Below are positions 50,968 to 62,626 of a stretch of DNA of 64,000 nucleotides, piece after piece (position 1 is the first letter of the stretch; every line of letters begins with the position of its first letter). Origin of the DNA: an uncultured Phycisphaerales bacterium (lineage in GTDB: Bacteria > Planctomycetota > Phycisphaerae > Tepidisphaerales > Tepidisphaeraceae); the NCBI GenBank assembly GCA_963755915.1, contig CAVWLP010000002.1:832001-896000 (forward strand), given 5' to 3'. The notes beneath the pieces were generated by a model. The model was given only the letters and a program-made list of their open reading frames with translations, made no database searches and was not told where the DNA came from. The position numbers were made by a program, and so were the translations under genes.

Positions 50968-52457
50968 TTAGAAGACGTTGGGGCCGGTGTAGAAGTTCTG
51001 GTCGTAAAGGAACGCTGCACCATAAGAGATGCGGAACGAATTGCGTACTGCGGCAAGGAAGGGCGCGAAAATGTCGGTTCCGACGTAGATTACGTCGTTG
51101 GGCTTGAGATAAATATCGGGCTCCTGGAAATTCAGGATTTTGTCGAGGTGTACGCGGATACCGACTTCGCGGCTGGTACCAATGCGGCGGATGACCTCCG
51201 TTCGGAAGGGCATGGCGAAGTCATCGGCGCCACCGGCGGCGACCCAGGCGTCTTTAAGGGTCACCTTCTCGCCCGTGAGTCCGAACACGCCGGGGCGGGC
51301 AACGTGACCCCCCATATAATAGACGCCGTTGGTGGGGTCGGGGACGATGATCATGTCGCTGGGGCGGATCACGATGTTGTATTTGAGTTCGCCGTATTGA
51401 CGCAGTTGATCGATCGGTACGCGGATGATGCGTACATCCGTCGGGGCTTCCAGGTCGTCGAACTTGAAGACCTTGCCGCTGGATGGGGGCGGAGCGGCGG
51501 CGTCAGGCGAAGATGTTACGGCTGCGCTGGAAAGAAATTTGACTGAATTGGAACTGGGGATCGCGCGGCCCTGGGGGCCGGGAGCCGTGGGCGGAGGCGC
51601 GAGCAGATCGCCAGGCGCTGTCGCGGGAGTCGGCGTTGGAGTCGGCGTGGGGGTCGGCGCGGCGCAGGCGTCGTCGGCTGCTGCGGTTGTGGCTGTGGCT
51701 CGGGAGTCATGCCCGGTTGCTGAGACGGCGGAGGAGGCGTTGTCTCCGGAGACTCGGGGGCGGGGGGAATGCTTGAAGGGTTCAGCTCATCAGTGCCGGG
51801 CTGCGTCACCTTGCGGATGACGTAGGCGTAGGGAACGCCGATTGCCACCGCCGGAGCATGCGCCGTGACCATCGCGTCGAGCATGCGGAAATCAGGCTTG
51901 GTGAGCTGGTATTCGCCCGGCGAGCCGACGTTGCCCTGGATGCTGAACGTGCGGGCGCGGGCTTCTTCAACGGTGACCGAGACCCGCGCGTTGCGGATCA
52001 GCCGGGCGTCTTCGTAGGCCTTGGAGACCGCGTCTTCAAGTTGGCGCTCGGTGAGGTCGGAGGCTTTCACCGGCTGAATGAACGGGAGGCTGATCATTCC
52101 GGTTTCGGTGACGCGGGCGGTTTTCACCTGCTCGCCGGTGCCTTCGCCCAGAAGATCGAAGATCGAAATGCTCACCAGGTCGTTGGGGCCGATCTTGTAG
52201 TCGGTGATGTCGGGGATCAGATCGGCGGGCTCGATGTCGGTGGCGTCGGCATAGGCGGCGTCGGGTTCTTCAACGCCGCTGGCAAGCGTATCGAGGACGG
52301 GAACGACCAGAGGATGTTGCGCGGTGTCCGGATCGACGATGCGCGGCTCGCCGGGGTTGATGAAGTCATTGATTTCGCAGCCGCTGACAAGTCCCGCGAG
52401 CGCGACGCCCAAAAGGCAAGTCAGGAATTTCCGAAGCGGGTTGGAAGACGGACGCAA
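50968..52457 (-). CDS. Polysaccharide export lipoprotein (Wza/SLBB family), copy 1, frameshifted
   Basis: AAGGAG + TTG start, VSGC lipobox, same motifs as copy 2. Confidence 0.88.
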
Positions 52458-52634
52458 AAGTCGCTCCTTTCAGCGGGCCGAGAAAACAGGGTGTCCGGCA
52501 GCCAGACGTAGCCCGGAAAATCCGAATAATCGGTGGGAATCTTGCATGAAAAGAGTTCGGTTGGCAAGCGGGGTGCGATTCCAAGACACGGGAAAAGTCG
52601 GGGCCATTTTTGGATTGGCAAACGAAACCTTAAT

Positions 52635-54158
52635 TCAAGCAAGGCGTCGGACTTGTCGTTTGACGGCCGGGTGTATGTTCCTCCGGGTGACTTTCATGGC
52701 CGCGGGGGGCAAATGTTTCAGCAAAAATGGGGGGCGGTCGGAGCGGCCGCCACGCTGGTAATCTTCCCAGAGCAACTGGGCAACTTGTGCGGGATTTTGG
52801 CCCAATTCCTGTGCAAGGAAGGTGAAGAGCAGCTCGGCGAGGCGGTGCAGGGAGATGGCGTAATTTTTTCCGGTATGGGCGAAAAGCCAGTCGCTGAAGT
52901 GCAAAAATTGCGCAAAGGGCGAGGCGTTTTGCCAGATGAGGGGGGCGGAGAGGAGGAAGTTGCCGCTGTTGGCGACGAGGTCCCAGAACCGGGCGAAGCG
53001 ACGCAGGCGCTGCATGGTGGGGAAGTCGATGGCGCCGGTTTGAAGAATCTCGTAGGGAGGATTGGGGCTATAGATCATCTGGTACTCGGCGTCGTGGCGG
53101 ACGATGGGGGTGCCGCGGAGGCGTTTGAGGAGGCCGACCTGGATTTCCTGGGGACCGAGCGCGAGCAGGCGATCGAAACCGGCGGCGAAGGATTGGAGGT
53201 CTTCGCCGGGGAGGCCGGCGATGAGGTCGGCGTGGACGTGGACGCCGGTTTCGTGGCGGAGGAAATTGAGGTTGTCTTCGATGCGCTGAGGATCCTGGCG
53301 GCGGCTGATGCGCTGGCAGACGTCGGGGTTGAAGCTTTGGATGCCGACTTCGAATTGCAACGCGCCGGGGGGGAATTTGCGGATGAGATTGCGCAGGCCT
53401 TCGGGGAGGCGGTCGGGGATCATCTCGAAATGGAGGAAGAGGTCGGGCTGGTAGCGCTGCCAGAAGAATTCGAGGATGGATCGGCTGAAGGGGAGGTTGA
53501 GGTTGAAGGTTCGGTCGACGAATTTGAATCGGCGCAGGCCGCGGTCGAGGAGGCGCTGCATGGCGGGGAGAAAGTTTTCCAGCGGGACGTTGCGGACGGG
53601 GACGTCGAGCGAGGAGAGGCAGAACTCGCAGGAGAAGGGGCAGCCGCGCGAGGCTTCGACGTAGACGACGCGATGGGCGAGGTCGTGATCGGTATAGAAG
53701 TCGTAGGGGAGTTTTAGTTGCGAGAAATTGGGGAGATCGGCGGGGAAGATGCGCTGGAGCGGGGTGTAGTTGTTCAAAATCTTTTGGCAGAGATCGGGGA
53801 AGGCGAGGTCGGCTTCGCCGGTGATGGTGAAGTCGGCGAGTTGGCAGATTTCCTGGTGGTCGGTTTCGTGGCTGACTTCGGGGCCGCCGAGAATGATTTT
53901 GATGTCGGGGCGGAGGCGTTTGAGTTCGGCGACGAGGTGGGTGGTGGGGGCGACGTTCCAGATATAGACGCCGAGGCCGAGGATGCGGGGGTTTTCCGAC
54001 AAGATCGATTCGAGGACGTCGGTGGGTTTCTGGGTGATTTCGAATTCGAGGATTTTGGATTGGGGCTGGAGGGGGCCGAGGTTGGCGAAGAGATAGCGCA
54101 GGGCGAAGCTTGCGTGGGGGTATTTGGCGTTGAGGGTGGTTAAGATGATTTGGGGCAA
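52635..54158 (-). CDS. B12-binding radical SAM protein (DUF4080-type C-terminus)
   Basis: [52 protein letters not shown]. Confidence 0.92.
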   Translation of the reverse strand: MPQIILTTLNAKYPHASFALRYLFANLGPLQPQSKILEFEITQKPTDVLESILSENPRILGLGVYIWNVAPTTHLVAELKRLRPDIKIILGGPEVSHETDHQEICQLADFTITGEADLAFPDLCQKILNNYTPLQRIFPADLPNFSQLKLPYDFYTDHDLAHRVVYVEASRGCPFSCEFCLSSLDVPVRNVPLENFLPAMQRLLDRGLRRFKFVDRTFNLNLPFSRSILEFFWQRYQPDLFLHFEMIPDRLPEGLRNLIRKFPPGALQFEVGIQSFNPDVCQRISRRQDPQRIEDNLNFLRHETGVHVHADLIAGLPGEDLQSFAAGFDRLLALGPQEIQVGLLKRLRGTPIVRHDAEYQMIYSPNPPYEILQTGAIDFPTMQRLRRFARFWDLVANSGNFLLSAPLIWQNASPFAQFLHFSDWLFAHTGKNYAISLHRLAELLFTFLAQELGQNPAQVAQLLWEDYQRGGRSDRPPFLLKHLPPAAMKVTRRNIHPAVKRQVRRLA

Positions 54159-54205
54159 GGGGTGGGGAGGATGCTACACATTGCTACACAATGCAACACT
54201 TTTTA

Positions 54206-55728
54206 CAATATTGTCCGGGACTTCCGCGTCTTAGAGCTGGGATTTTTCGGGTTTTCACTCGAAAGGCTGCGTTGCCTCGATGGGCAACGGCGTGGAAGGT
54301 TCAGCGCTGCTCCTGCAGCGCATGCCGCGGCGTTCACCGGCGGCCGGACAACAAAAACCCCCGGTGACTTACTTGACGATTTTTTCAGCCTTCTTCCGTG
54401 CCACACGCTGACGCTGCAGCTCGCATTCCCGTTCTCGGCGCTGCAGGATGGGAATAATCTCTTGCAACGTGGCCCCTCCCGCGGCGACCAGGCTCAGCAT
54501 CGCGTAGGCATATTTGCTCACCGGACGCTGCGTGTGCAGATAGATCAACAGCACCCCGATGACCGCGATGTAGAACCCGGTGGTGACGCCGTTTTTGCTG
54601 TGGCTGGTGAGATGGCGGAAGTGGGCGTGCACTTTCAGCCAGCGGAAAAACAGCTCGATCTTCTATCGCCAGCGGTAGAGCAGACCGATGACATGGGCGG
54701 GAATGTTAAGAAGATTGGTCAGCAGCCGCAGGGGCCTGTCGGGTTTGTCCGGGTCGAAGATCGTCACTTCCCGAAGCCATTTTCCCGCCGGAGGAGCAAA
54801 GCGTGGCCCTTCTGAGCCCAGGTATCCGATCCGGTCGCTGAGAATGCCGGCAGCGCGGTCTTCATCGCTCAGCGGCAGGGACTTGGGGGTCAAGTCATTG
54901 TTTTCGATGGGAATGAAATAGTTGTTTGACTTGAGCCGGAGCACAAAATCGCTGCAGGCATGTACGATCCGCTCCAGCAGCTCGAAACAGACGTAGCCGC
55001 GGTCCATGACGTAAATCTGTCCCGGCTCCAGGGACTGCATCAGCGCCTGCGCCTCGGAGCATCCCGCGCCGCTGATCGTCACTCCCTCGGGAACCCCCAC
55101 GCCCGCCGCCCATTGAAGATTCAGGCGAATCGTGTCCATGGGCTTTCCGTTGGGTCGACTTTGATGCAGCGCCCAGGCCACGTCGGCGGCAACGGTGAAC
55201 AGCGACCCATCCACCACCCGTACCCGCTCGGTCAACTCCGCCAGCTTCGGATCGCCGTGACGCAGGTGCGGCAGCCGCGCCCGCAACTCCTCGATGATCG
55301 GCTCCAGCAGCGTCGGATCGAACAGGGCGTTGGCATCGGAAAGCGTGGAACGCGGCAGGCGATCGACCGAAAGCTGCTCCTGCATCTGCTCGGTCTGGCT
55401 GAAATCCTCCATCGTCCGCAGGCTGCGAATCGCCGGCGTGAAAAACGCCAGCAGATAGGCAAGGGTCACATCGTCATAAAAAAGCGTGCGATTGGGGTGG
55501 GGATGCGCCGCCCGCAGGCGGGCCAGATGATCCTGCAAAATACCGACGTACTTGCCGCCGAACAAATCCTCCCCCCGCACCGCCGGCCGCGGCTTTCGTC
55601 CCGGCTTGGCGGGCAATCCAGAAGCTGGGCAAAGGTCCGCGTGCACGTGGCGGCAGTGAACCACAAAACGCTGCTTCGCGCAAGCGCAAGATTGTGTCAT
55701 TGGTGAGCCCGCGTTCCGGACACTATTG
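54206..55728 (-). mobile_element. IS4-family insertion sequence
   Basis: 16-bp terminal IRs, 14/16 match (CAATATTGTCCGGGAC / GTTCCGGACACTATTG), around a DDE transposase; no target duplication seen. Confidence 0.88.
54369..55700 (-). pseudogene. IS4-family DDE transposase with in-frame TAG
   Basis: VVDGS, VMDRGY, LLTN, YRWR*KIELFFRWLK (YREK motif); stop at 54663-54665; both ORF pieces share a frame. Confidence 0.88.
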
Positions 55729-55892
55729 GGGGATTGTTAGTGAATGCTAGTTAGTTGGTTGTGATGTAAGGCTTTGATGGGGTGGGGGTTGGGAGGGATT
55801 TGGGATTTGAGATTTCAGATTTGGGTTGAATGGGTGTCCGATTTTTAGGAATGGTGCGGCTGAGTGGTTATAACTTGCTTGGAATCAATGGC

Positions 55893-56085
55893 TTATGATT
55901 CGAGTAGTTTTTCGATTGTTCGGACAACGATGGTGCGGTTTTTGAGTTGGCATTGCCAGAGGGTCAGGACGCGCCAGCTTTGGCGGCGGAGCTGACGGAG
56001 GGCGGCGCGGTCACGGGCGCGATTTCGGGGGCGCTTTTGTTGCCAGTAGTGGGCCTTGTTGGGCAACGGAATTCGCCATTTGGGG
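55893..56085 (-). pseudogene. Vsr (very short patch repair endonuclease) C-terminal remnant
   Basis: YWQQK..RNRARD...L...WRVLTLWQCQL matches the Vsr C-terminus; N-terminus absent. Confidence 0.7.
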
Positions 56086-56206
56086 AGGACGTCGGCAGCT
56101 ATAAGCGACGAAGGAACGTGTGAGTGAATTGGACTCCCATTGCAGTATGCTTGTTCTTGGGCATCCTCTGGCTCATTGCCATCGCGCGATGGCATAGTTG
56201 CTCATC

Positions 56207-56503
56207 ATGAAGCGCATTTTCCAGCTCGAGTATCGAAGTGAACGCCCGCGATCGCCGTCGGTCGCGCTTCCACTCGTGCTATTGATTCTCGTCGGTGGGA
56301 TAATATGGGGATTGCATGAATTGGCGATCGCGCCGTACAGGCCGCCTTATGACATGAGCACATTACAGGGTGGGGGGGAGGAGGCCTTTGTCGATTTTTT
56401 AATTGTTGTGTTGGTCGTTGCATGGGTGGGCATTTTGATGTGGTGCATTGCGAGATTGCGGCGCGTGGTGAAAGCATCTGATCCGTGGGAGCCGTCCAGG
56501 TAA
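56207..56503 (+). CDS. Small two-TM hypothetical protein
   Basis: Two hydrophobic segments, short ORF. Confidence 0.55.
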   Translation: MKRIFQLEYRSERPRSPSVALPLVLLILVGGIIWGLHELAIAPYRPPYDMSTLQGGGEEAFVDFLIVVLVVAWVGILMWCIARLRRVVKASDPWEPSR

Positions 56504-57058
56504 AAAAGCGCTTCGAGTGGGGTCGCGACTAGATGAGGGACTAGAATTTGTGGACATCGAAAGACGCGCCCCGCAAGCGGGGCCGGCTACACGGGGAGAA
56601 GAATCTCATTCGCGCTGCGGGGTCGGCGGGGTGCGGGGGGAGATTTTTATCGGTTGTGGTTTGGGTGACGAGGTGGACGCGGTTACTCGAATGGAACGCG
56701 CGGTTCCGCTGCGATGGCACATGGCTGCGCCGGCGACGTTCGGGACGACGTTGGGGTGGGAGGACAGGAAAGGGGAAGGTTCGCGCGGAGGCGCTGAGGC
56801 GCGGAGAAAGGGTTTTTGGGGGATTCTCTGCGGCTCTGCGCGAAGCTGGGTTTTTAGGTTTTCTTTTTTGCGTTGCATTTGGGGCAACGGGTAGGCTTGG
56901 GGAATCGGGATTTCAGATTTGAGAATTTGAGATTGGATTGGGGGGAAGGCCCCAAGATGGCAATCGTGGGGCTTTTGCGGGGGGGGAAGTTCCGCGGGTG
57001 CAAGCACCCCGCGGCTTTGGTAACGGCGCGGTTGGGGGTGGGGATTTTTTGGGGGGGG

Positions 57059-57736
57059 TTAGTGGGGTTTGGTGAGGAGGATTTTTAGTCCAATGGGCCC
57101 CGGGGTAATCTGCGCTTCGTGGAAGGGGCTGCGGCGGGCGAAATCTTCGAACTGGGCTTGGGTGTAGGCGCGCTTGATGAGGGTGTGGCGGAAAATCAAT
57201 GTGGTTAGAAAGGCGTCGAGCCTGGAGCGGCCGCTCTGGTGGACGTAGGTTTTGATTTCGTCGAGGGAGACGTCTTTGCGGAGGTCGACGATGGTGGCGG
57301 TAGTGCCGGGGCGGAGGACGCGGTGGATTTCGCGCAGGGCCTGGAGGGGGTCGGAGAAATTTTTGAAGGCGGCGGAGCAGTAGGCGGCGTCGAAGGAGTT
57401 TGGGGGGAAGGGCATGCCGTGAACGTCGCCGAGACGGAAGTCGATGTGGACGTTGGCATCCTGGGCGTTCTGGCGGGAGATATCGAGAAGCGTTTTGCTG
57501 AGGTCGAGGGCGGTGATTTTAAAATCTCCGAGCTTGGCGAGCTCGATGGAGAAGAAGCCTGGGCCGGGGGCGATTTCGAGGACTTCGGCGGCGGGAGAAA
57601 GCGTTTGGGAGAAATCTTTGGCCTGGGTGATAAAGTCGGACATGTCACTCTTGCGGGTTTTGGCGTACCAGCGGGCGAGGAAGCCTTCCATGGTGCTGGA
57701 GCGGTGTGGGGGGTTGGGGGCGTAGGTCATCGTCAT
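57059..57736 (-). CDS. Class I SAM-dependent methyltransferase
   Basis: VLEIAPGPG, ALDLS, GDV..MPF..NSFD, HRVLRPG. Confidence 0.92.
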   Translation of the reverse strand: MTMTYAPNPPHRSSTMEGFLARWYAKTRKSDMSDFITQAKDFSQTLSPAAEVLEIAPGPGFFSIELAKLGDFKITALDLSKTLLDISRQNAQDANVHIDFRLGDVHGMPFPPNSFDAAYCSAAFKNFSDPLQALREIHRVLRPGTTATIVDLRKDVSLDEIKTYVHQSGRSRLDAFLTTLIFRHTLIKRAYTQAQFEDFARRSPFHEAQITPGPIGLKILLTKPH

Positions 57737-57824
57737 GGGAGAGTCCTTTGAAGATTTCTGAGCGGCGCAGTATTATCTTATTCGTGAAGTATCTTAATAA
57801 TGCAGGTAATTAAAGTCAAGGAAA

Positions 57825-58325
57825 ATGGGCAAAAAATCGAAGCGGGCGGAGCTGCTCGGTAAATTATGGGACCTGGGGAGAGCCATGAGCACGCAGACGG
57901 TGTTTCTGCATGAGGCGATTGCGCGCACGGCGGGACTGAGCGCGACGGATACCAAGTGCATTGACCTGATCCTGCGGGCTCCGGAGGGGGGCGTGACGGC
58001 GGGGTATCTTTCGGAGAAGTCGGGACTGACGACGGGGGCGATTACCCATATCCTGGACCGGCTGGAAAGAGGCGGGTTCGTGGAGCGGCTGAGGGATACG
58101 CAGGACCGGAGGAAAGTGTTTGTGAAGGTCAGGGAGGAGAGGCTGAAAGATCTGGGGCCGAAGTATGAGGCGATCGGGAAGGCGTTTATGAAGCTGGTGG
58201 AGAGATATACTGATGAGGAGCTGGGGGTGATTTGTGATTATATGGAGAGGGCGACGGGGGTTTCGGAGGGGGAGTTGCGGAAAATCCGAATGACGAAACC
58301 AGAATTCCGAATCAAATCCGAATGA
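57825..58325 (+). CDS. MarR-family regulator, divergent from the methyltransferase
   Basis: GLSATD, GLTTGAIT.ILDRLE..GFVER..D..DRRKV. Confidence 0.92.
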   Translation: MGKKSKRAELLGKLWDLGRAMSTQTVFLHEAIARTAGLSATDTKCIDLILRAPEGGVTAGYLSEKSGLTTGAITHILDRLERGGFVERLRDTQDRRKVFVKVREERLKDLGPKYEAIGKAFMKLVERYTDEELGVICDYMERATGVSEGELRKIRMTKPEFRIKSE

Positions 58326-58410
58326 CCGAATGACGAATGGGGGCCTATGCTTCATTCGTCATTTGGGCATTCGGGTTTGATTCGTCATTCTGGTTTCGGG
58401 TTTCGGGATT
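58285..58410. repeat. Degenerate 7-mer repeat arrays in inverted orientation
   Basis: GAATGAC/AATCCGA-type units followed by complementary ATTCGTC/TTTCGGG units. Confidence 0.75.
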
Positions 58411-58415
58411 GGAAG

Positions 58416-58444
58416 AAGCGCTTCCCTTCGGGTCGCGGCTAAAC
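58416..58444. repeat. REP-like dispersed repeat (copy 2)
   Basis: AAGCGCTTCCCTTCGGGTCGCGGCTAAAC. Confidence 0.8.
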
Positions 58445-58487
58445 AATATTCGGGGTAGGATCATTGGGTTCAATCGAGGATGCAGGG

Positions 58488-60262
58488 ATGTATCTGAAAA
58501 GACGGTGGGACATTGAAGAAGGGCGCGAGGGGGCGGAAGAGCTGGCGCGGGGGCTGAGAGTTTCGCCGATTATTGGGAGAATGCTTTTGAACCGGGGGAT
58601 AACGTCGGTGGAGGCGGCGCAGGGGTTTTTGAAGCCTTCGCTGCTGGGGCTGGAGGAGCCGGGGAAATTGCCGGGGCTTAATTGCGCGGCGGAGCGGATT
58701 GCGCGGGCGGTGAGGGATGGGGAGAAGATTGTTATCTACGGGGATTATGATGTGGATGGGATTACGGCCACCAGCATTTTGTGGCATGCGATCGTGCTGC
58801 TGGGGGGGAAAGTTTCCACGTATATTCCGCACCGGATCGATGAGGGGTATGGGCTGAACTCGGAGGCGATTGGGCAGATTTGTGCGGATGGGGCGAAGGT
58901 GATTGTGACGGTGGATTGCGGGATCACGGCGGTGGAGCCGGCGCGGGTGGCGAGGGAGCGCGGGGTGGATTTGATTATTACGGATCATCATGATTTTCAT
59001 GGGGATCCGCCGGTGTTGCCGGAGTGCTTTGGGATTGTGCATCCGAGGCTTTTGGGGGAGTGGGAGGCGTATCCGAATCCATATTTGTGCGGGGCGGGGG
59101 TGGCGCTGAAGTTGGCTTGGGGGATCGGGCAGAAGGCGGGAGGGGCGGCGAGAGTGAGTGAATCGTTTCGAGGGTTTCTCGTCGAGGCGACGGCATTGGC
59201 GGCGCTGGGGACGATTGCGGATGTGGTGCCGCTGGTGGGGGAGAATCGGCTGCTGGCGCATTTTGGGCTTAGCGGGTTGCGGCAGAGCAAGCTTTCGGGG
59301 ATTCGGGCGCTGATTGAATCGGCGTCGCTGGGGGGAAAAATCTGGATACGTATGATGTAGGGTTTTTGCTGGCGCCGCGGCTGAATGCGTGCGGGAGGCT
59401 GGGGCATGCGGCGCTGGCGGTGGAGATGATGACGACGGCGAGTGAAGCGCGAGCGAAGGAGATTGCGGTCTACCTGGAGGGGCAGAATCGGGAGAGGCAG
59501 GCCGTTGAGAAAAAGATTCTCGAGCAGGCGCTGGGGCAGATTGAGAGCAATGGGTGGGGGAAGGATGACCGGGCGCTGGTGCTGGCGGCGGAGGGGTGGC
59601 ATGCGGGAGTGATCGGGATTGTGGCGTCGCGGATCGTGGAACGGTTTTGCCGGCCTACGGTGATGGTGGCGCTGAACAATGGCGTGGGGCAGGGGAGCGG
59701 GAGGTCGATCTCCGGGTTTCATCTGGCGAAAGCACTCGAGGCTTGCGGGGGGCATTTGCTGGCGTGTGGGGGGCATGAGATGGCGGCGGGGTTGAAGATG
59801 GAGACGGCGAAACTGGAGGAATTTCGGGCGGCGTTTTGTGAGGTGGCGCGGGGGGTGGTGAGCGAGGAGATGCTGCTGCCGAGGCTGAGGATCGAGTGTG
59901 GGGCGGAGTTGACGGAGATCACGGAGGGGCTGGTGAATGATATGAAGAGACTGGGGCCGTTTGGGCATGGAAATCGGAGGCCGGTGATTTGTGTGGAGGG
60001 GATTACAGTGGCGGCGGAGCCTCGAAGAGTCGGGAAGACGGGGGAGCATTTGCAGATTCAGGTGAAGGGGGAGAAGGGGGTGATGAAGTGTATTGCGTTT
60101 GGGGCAGCAGCGATTGTGGATCGGCTCAAAGCGGGGACGGAGGTGAGGCTGGCGGCGGAGCCGGAGATCAATGAGTTTAATGGGAGGAGGAGTGTGGAGT
60201 TGAATGTGAGGGATGTGGAGATTGTTGGGAATGCCGAATGCCGAATGCCAAATGCCGAATGA
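58488..60262 (+). CDS. recJ: Single-stranded-DNA-specific exonuclease RecJ (frameshift ~59340)
   Basis: YGDYDVDG, TVDCG, ITDHH, GTIADVVPL, PRLNA.GR, GGH.MAAG, PFG.GN. Confidence 0.96.
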
Positions 60263-60314
60263 AAGACGAAATGCCGGCGTTTTATATTTCATTCGGCATT
60301 TGGCATTCGGCATT
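60237..60314. repeat. 28-bp perfect inverted repeat built of AATGCCG heptamers
   Basis: 60237-60264 versus 60287-60314. Confidence 0.9.
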
Positions 60315-60352
60315 TGTTGTTGGACAATGCGTGGACGATCATGGAGGCTGAA

Positions 60353-61429
60353 TTGAAGAAGAATATCTGGGCGGGTTTGGCAGTGGTGCTGGTGTTGGGC
60401 GCGGTTTCGTTTGTGTGCGCGGACGATGTCATCAGTCCGTTTGTGGATTCGCAGACGAATGGGGTGATTTATGTGGATTTCTCGGCGATCGACATGGATC
60501 AACTGGATGCGTGGCACGAGAAGATGGTGACGACGATTCCGGATGATGGGCAGCGGGCGCAGCAGGTGAAGGATATGAAGGAGTCGCTGGGGAAGATGAG
60601 GAAATGGGCGGGGGATTTTAAGGCGGCGGGCGGGAAGGATTTGTATGTGGTGATCTCGCTGTCGGGGATCATGTCGGGGTCGCCGGGGGGTGTGGTGGTG
60701 CCGCTGAATGGATCGGATGGGACGGCGCTGGCGAAGGTTTTTCCGCAGCCGCCTGCGGCGCCGGCGGGGATGCCAGCGGATGGGGCGGCGCAATGGGCGC
60801 GGATGCAGCCGGCGACGGCGGTGGTGGGGAATGTGATGGTGTTTTCGACGGGGGCGGGTGTGGACCGGATGAAGACGGCGTCGACGGAGCCGCGGCCGGA
60901 TTTGACCGATGCGCTGGCGGCGGGGAACGGGGGGGCGATGAGGATCGCGGTCAGTCCGTCGACGCTGAAGAACAATCCGTTTTTTGCGATGATGATGGCG
61001 CAGATGAATCGGGCGGCGAGTGCGCAGGGGTTGCCACCGGCGTCGCCGCTGAGTGATCCGGTGTGGGATGGGGTGACGTGGGTTTCGCTGTCGGTGTCGG
61101 CACCACCGAAGGAGTCGGGGAGTTTGACGATTCAGTGCAAGGATGCGGACTCGGCGGGGGCGATGTCGAGCTGGATTTCGCAGCAGGTGGCGGAGGGAAA
61201 GGCGCAGAACGCGCCCAGCCAGATGGGGGTTTCGGCTGATGATTATGATCGGCTGGCGGCGGTGATGAAGCCGGCCGTGCGGGGGACGCAGGTGGTCATA
61301 TCGGTGGATCAGGATGCGATAGATAACGTGATTGGGCCAATATTTATAAAAAGCATGGCAAGTACGATGCAGCCGGGGGTGGCGAATACCAATACGCCGG
61401 CGACAGAGCCAGTGGGAGGGGGATTGTGA
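60353..61429 (+). CDS. Secreted hypothetical protein
   Basis: GGAGG + TTG, signal peptide KKNIWAGLAVVLVLGAVSFVCA. Confidence 0.75.
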   Translation: MKKNIWAGLAVVLVLGAVSFVCADDVISPFVDSQTNGVIYVDFSAIDMDQLDAWHEKMVTTIPDDGQRAQQVKDMKESLGKMRKWAGDFKAAGGKDLYVVISLSGIMSGSPGGVVVPLNGSDGTALAKVFPQPPAAPAGMPADGAAQWARMQPATAVVGNVMVFSTGAGVDRMKTASTEPRPDLTDALAAGNGGAMRIAVSPSTLKNNPFFAMMMAQMNRAASAQGLPPASPLSDPVWDGVTWVSLSVSAPPKESGSLTIQCKDADSAGAMSSWISQQVAEGKAQNAPSQMGVSADDYDRLAAVMKPAVRGTQVVISVDQDAIDNVIGPIFIKSMASTMQPGVANTNTPATEPVGGGL

Positions 61430-61570
61430 AGATTGCGGTTCGACTGAGCTCACCGAAGTCCGATTGCCAATTGCCGAATGAAGAGAAATCGAATTGCCTA
61501 TTGCCTATTGCCGATTTCGGTCAAACAATAGGAAATCGGGATTAGGTAATTTCATTGGAAGGAGACTCTC

Positions 61571-62626
61571 ATGTCGCTGAAATCATTGATCGCTACCGGG
61601 ACGAAACTTTGGCTGGATTCGATTGAGCCTGCGCTGGTGAAGAAGAATTTTGCGCTGGGGGCTTCCGGCGCGACATCCAATCCGATCATCATTTCGGACA
61701 TCCTTAAAGGGGGGTCGCAGGATGAGGCGATGATGGAGGTCATCGAACAGGGGGGCGATGACCAGGCGGTGGCGTGGGCGATGACGGACAAGCTGGTGTC
61801 GGAGGCGCAGGGGGTTTGCGCCGGTGTGGGAGAAGAGCAAGGGAAATAATGGGTATGTGAGCTTTGAGCTGGATCCGCTGCTGGAAGATACGGTGCTGGG
61901 GCCCAAAGTGATTGCGGATCGATCCAGGAAATATATCGAGCTGGGGAAGAAGTGGGCGGCGGGGCAGAAGAACCGGATGATCAAGGTGCCGGCGACGGAA
62001 GGCGGGCTGGGCGCGCTGGAAGAGCTGGCGGCGGCGGGAGTGACGCTGAACGTGACGCTGATTTTTTCCGAGCGGCAATATGAGATTGCGCGGGAGAATG
62101 TTTGGCGCGGGCGCAGCGGAGGAAGAACGGCACATCGGCGTTTAAGAGTGTTTACAGCATTTTCGTGAGCCGGGTGGATGTGTATACGGAGAAGAATGTG
62201 CCGACGCTTTCGCCAGCGGCGCAGGGGCTGGTGGGGATCGTGAATGCAAAGAGGTTGTGGCAGCTTAATCAATCGTTCTGGAAGGATAAGAATCTGCCGC
62301 TGCAGCAGGAGATTATTTTCGCGAGCACGGGGACGAAGAAGGCAAGCGATCCGGCAGATAAGTATGTGGAAGCGCTGGCGGGGAGCGATATTCAGACGAA
62401 CCCGCCGGCGACGAACGACGCGGTGGAGAAGCTGAACAAGACGTATAAGCGGCTGGTCGATCAGATGCCGGCCAAGGCGATCCTGGATGAGATCGACGCG
62501 AAGGTGGACAAGCGGAAGATGGAAGACAAGCTGATGGAAGAGGGGACGGCAAAGTTTGCCGATCCGTTCAAGGCGCTGCTGAAGCAGATCGCGCAGAAGC
62601 GATCGGAACTCGCGGCGGCGAAGTAA
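61571..62626 (+). CDS. tal: Transaldolase-family protein (two frameshifts)
   Basis: [45 protein letters not shown]. Confidence 0.92.

Noticed and set aside
52562-52576. Sigma-54-like TGGCAAG-N4-GTGC site
   Set aside because: Points away from the wza/exosortase genes (wrong strand)
4692-62626. Programmed frameshifting or mass pseudogenisation (sdhA, gpsA, recJ, tal, exosortase, wza)
   Set aside because: Scattered single-base indels in otherwise well-conserved genes, often near homopolymers, fit long-read consensus error better; needs read or short-read check
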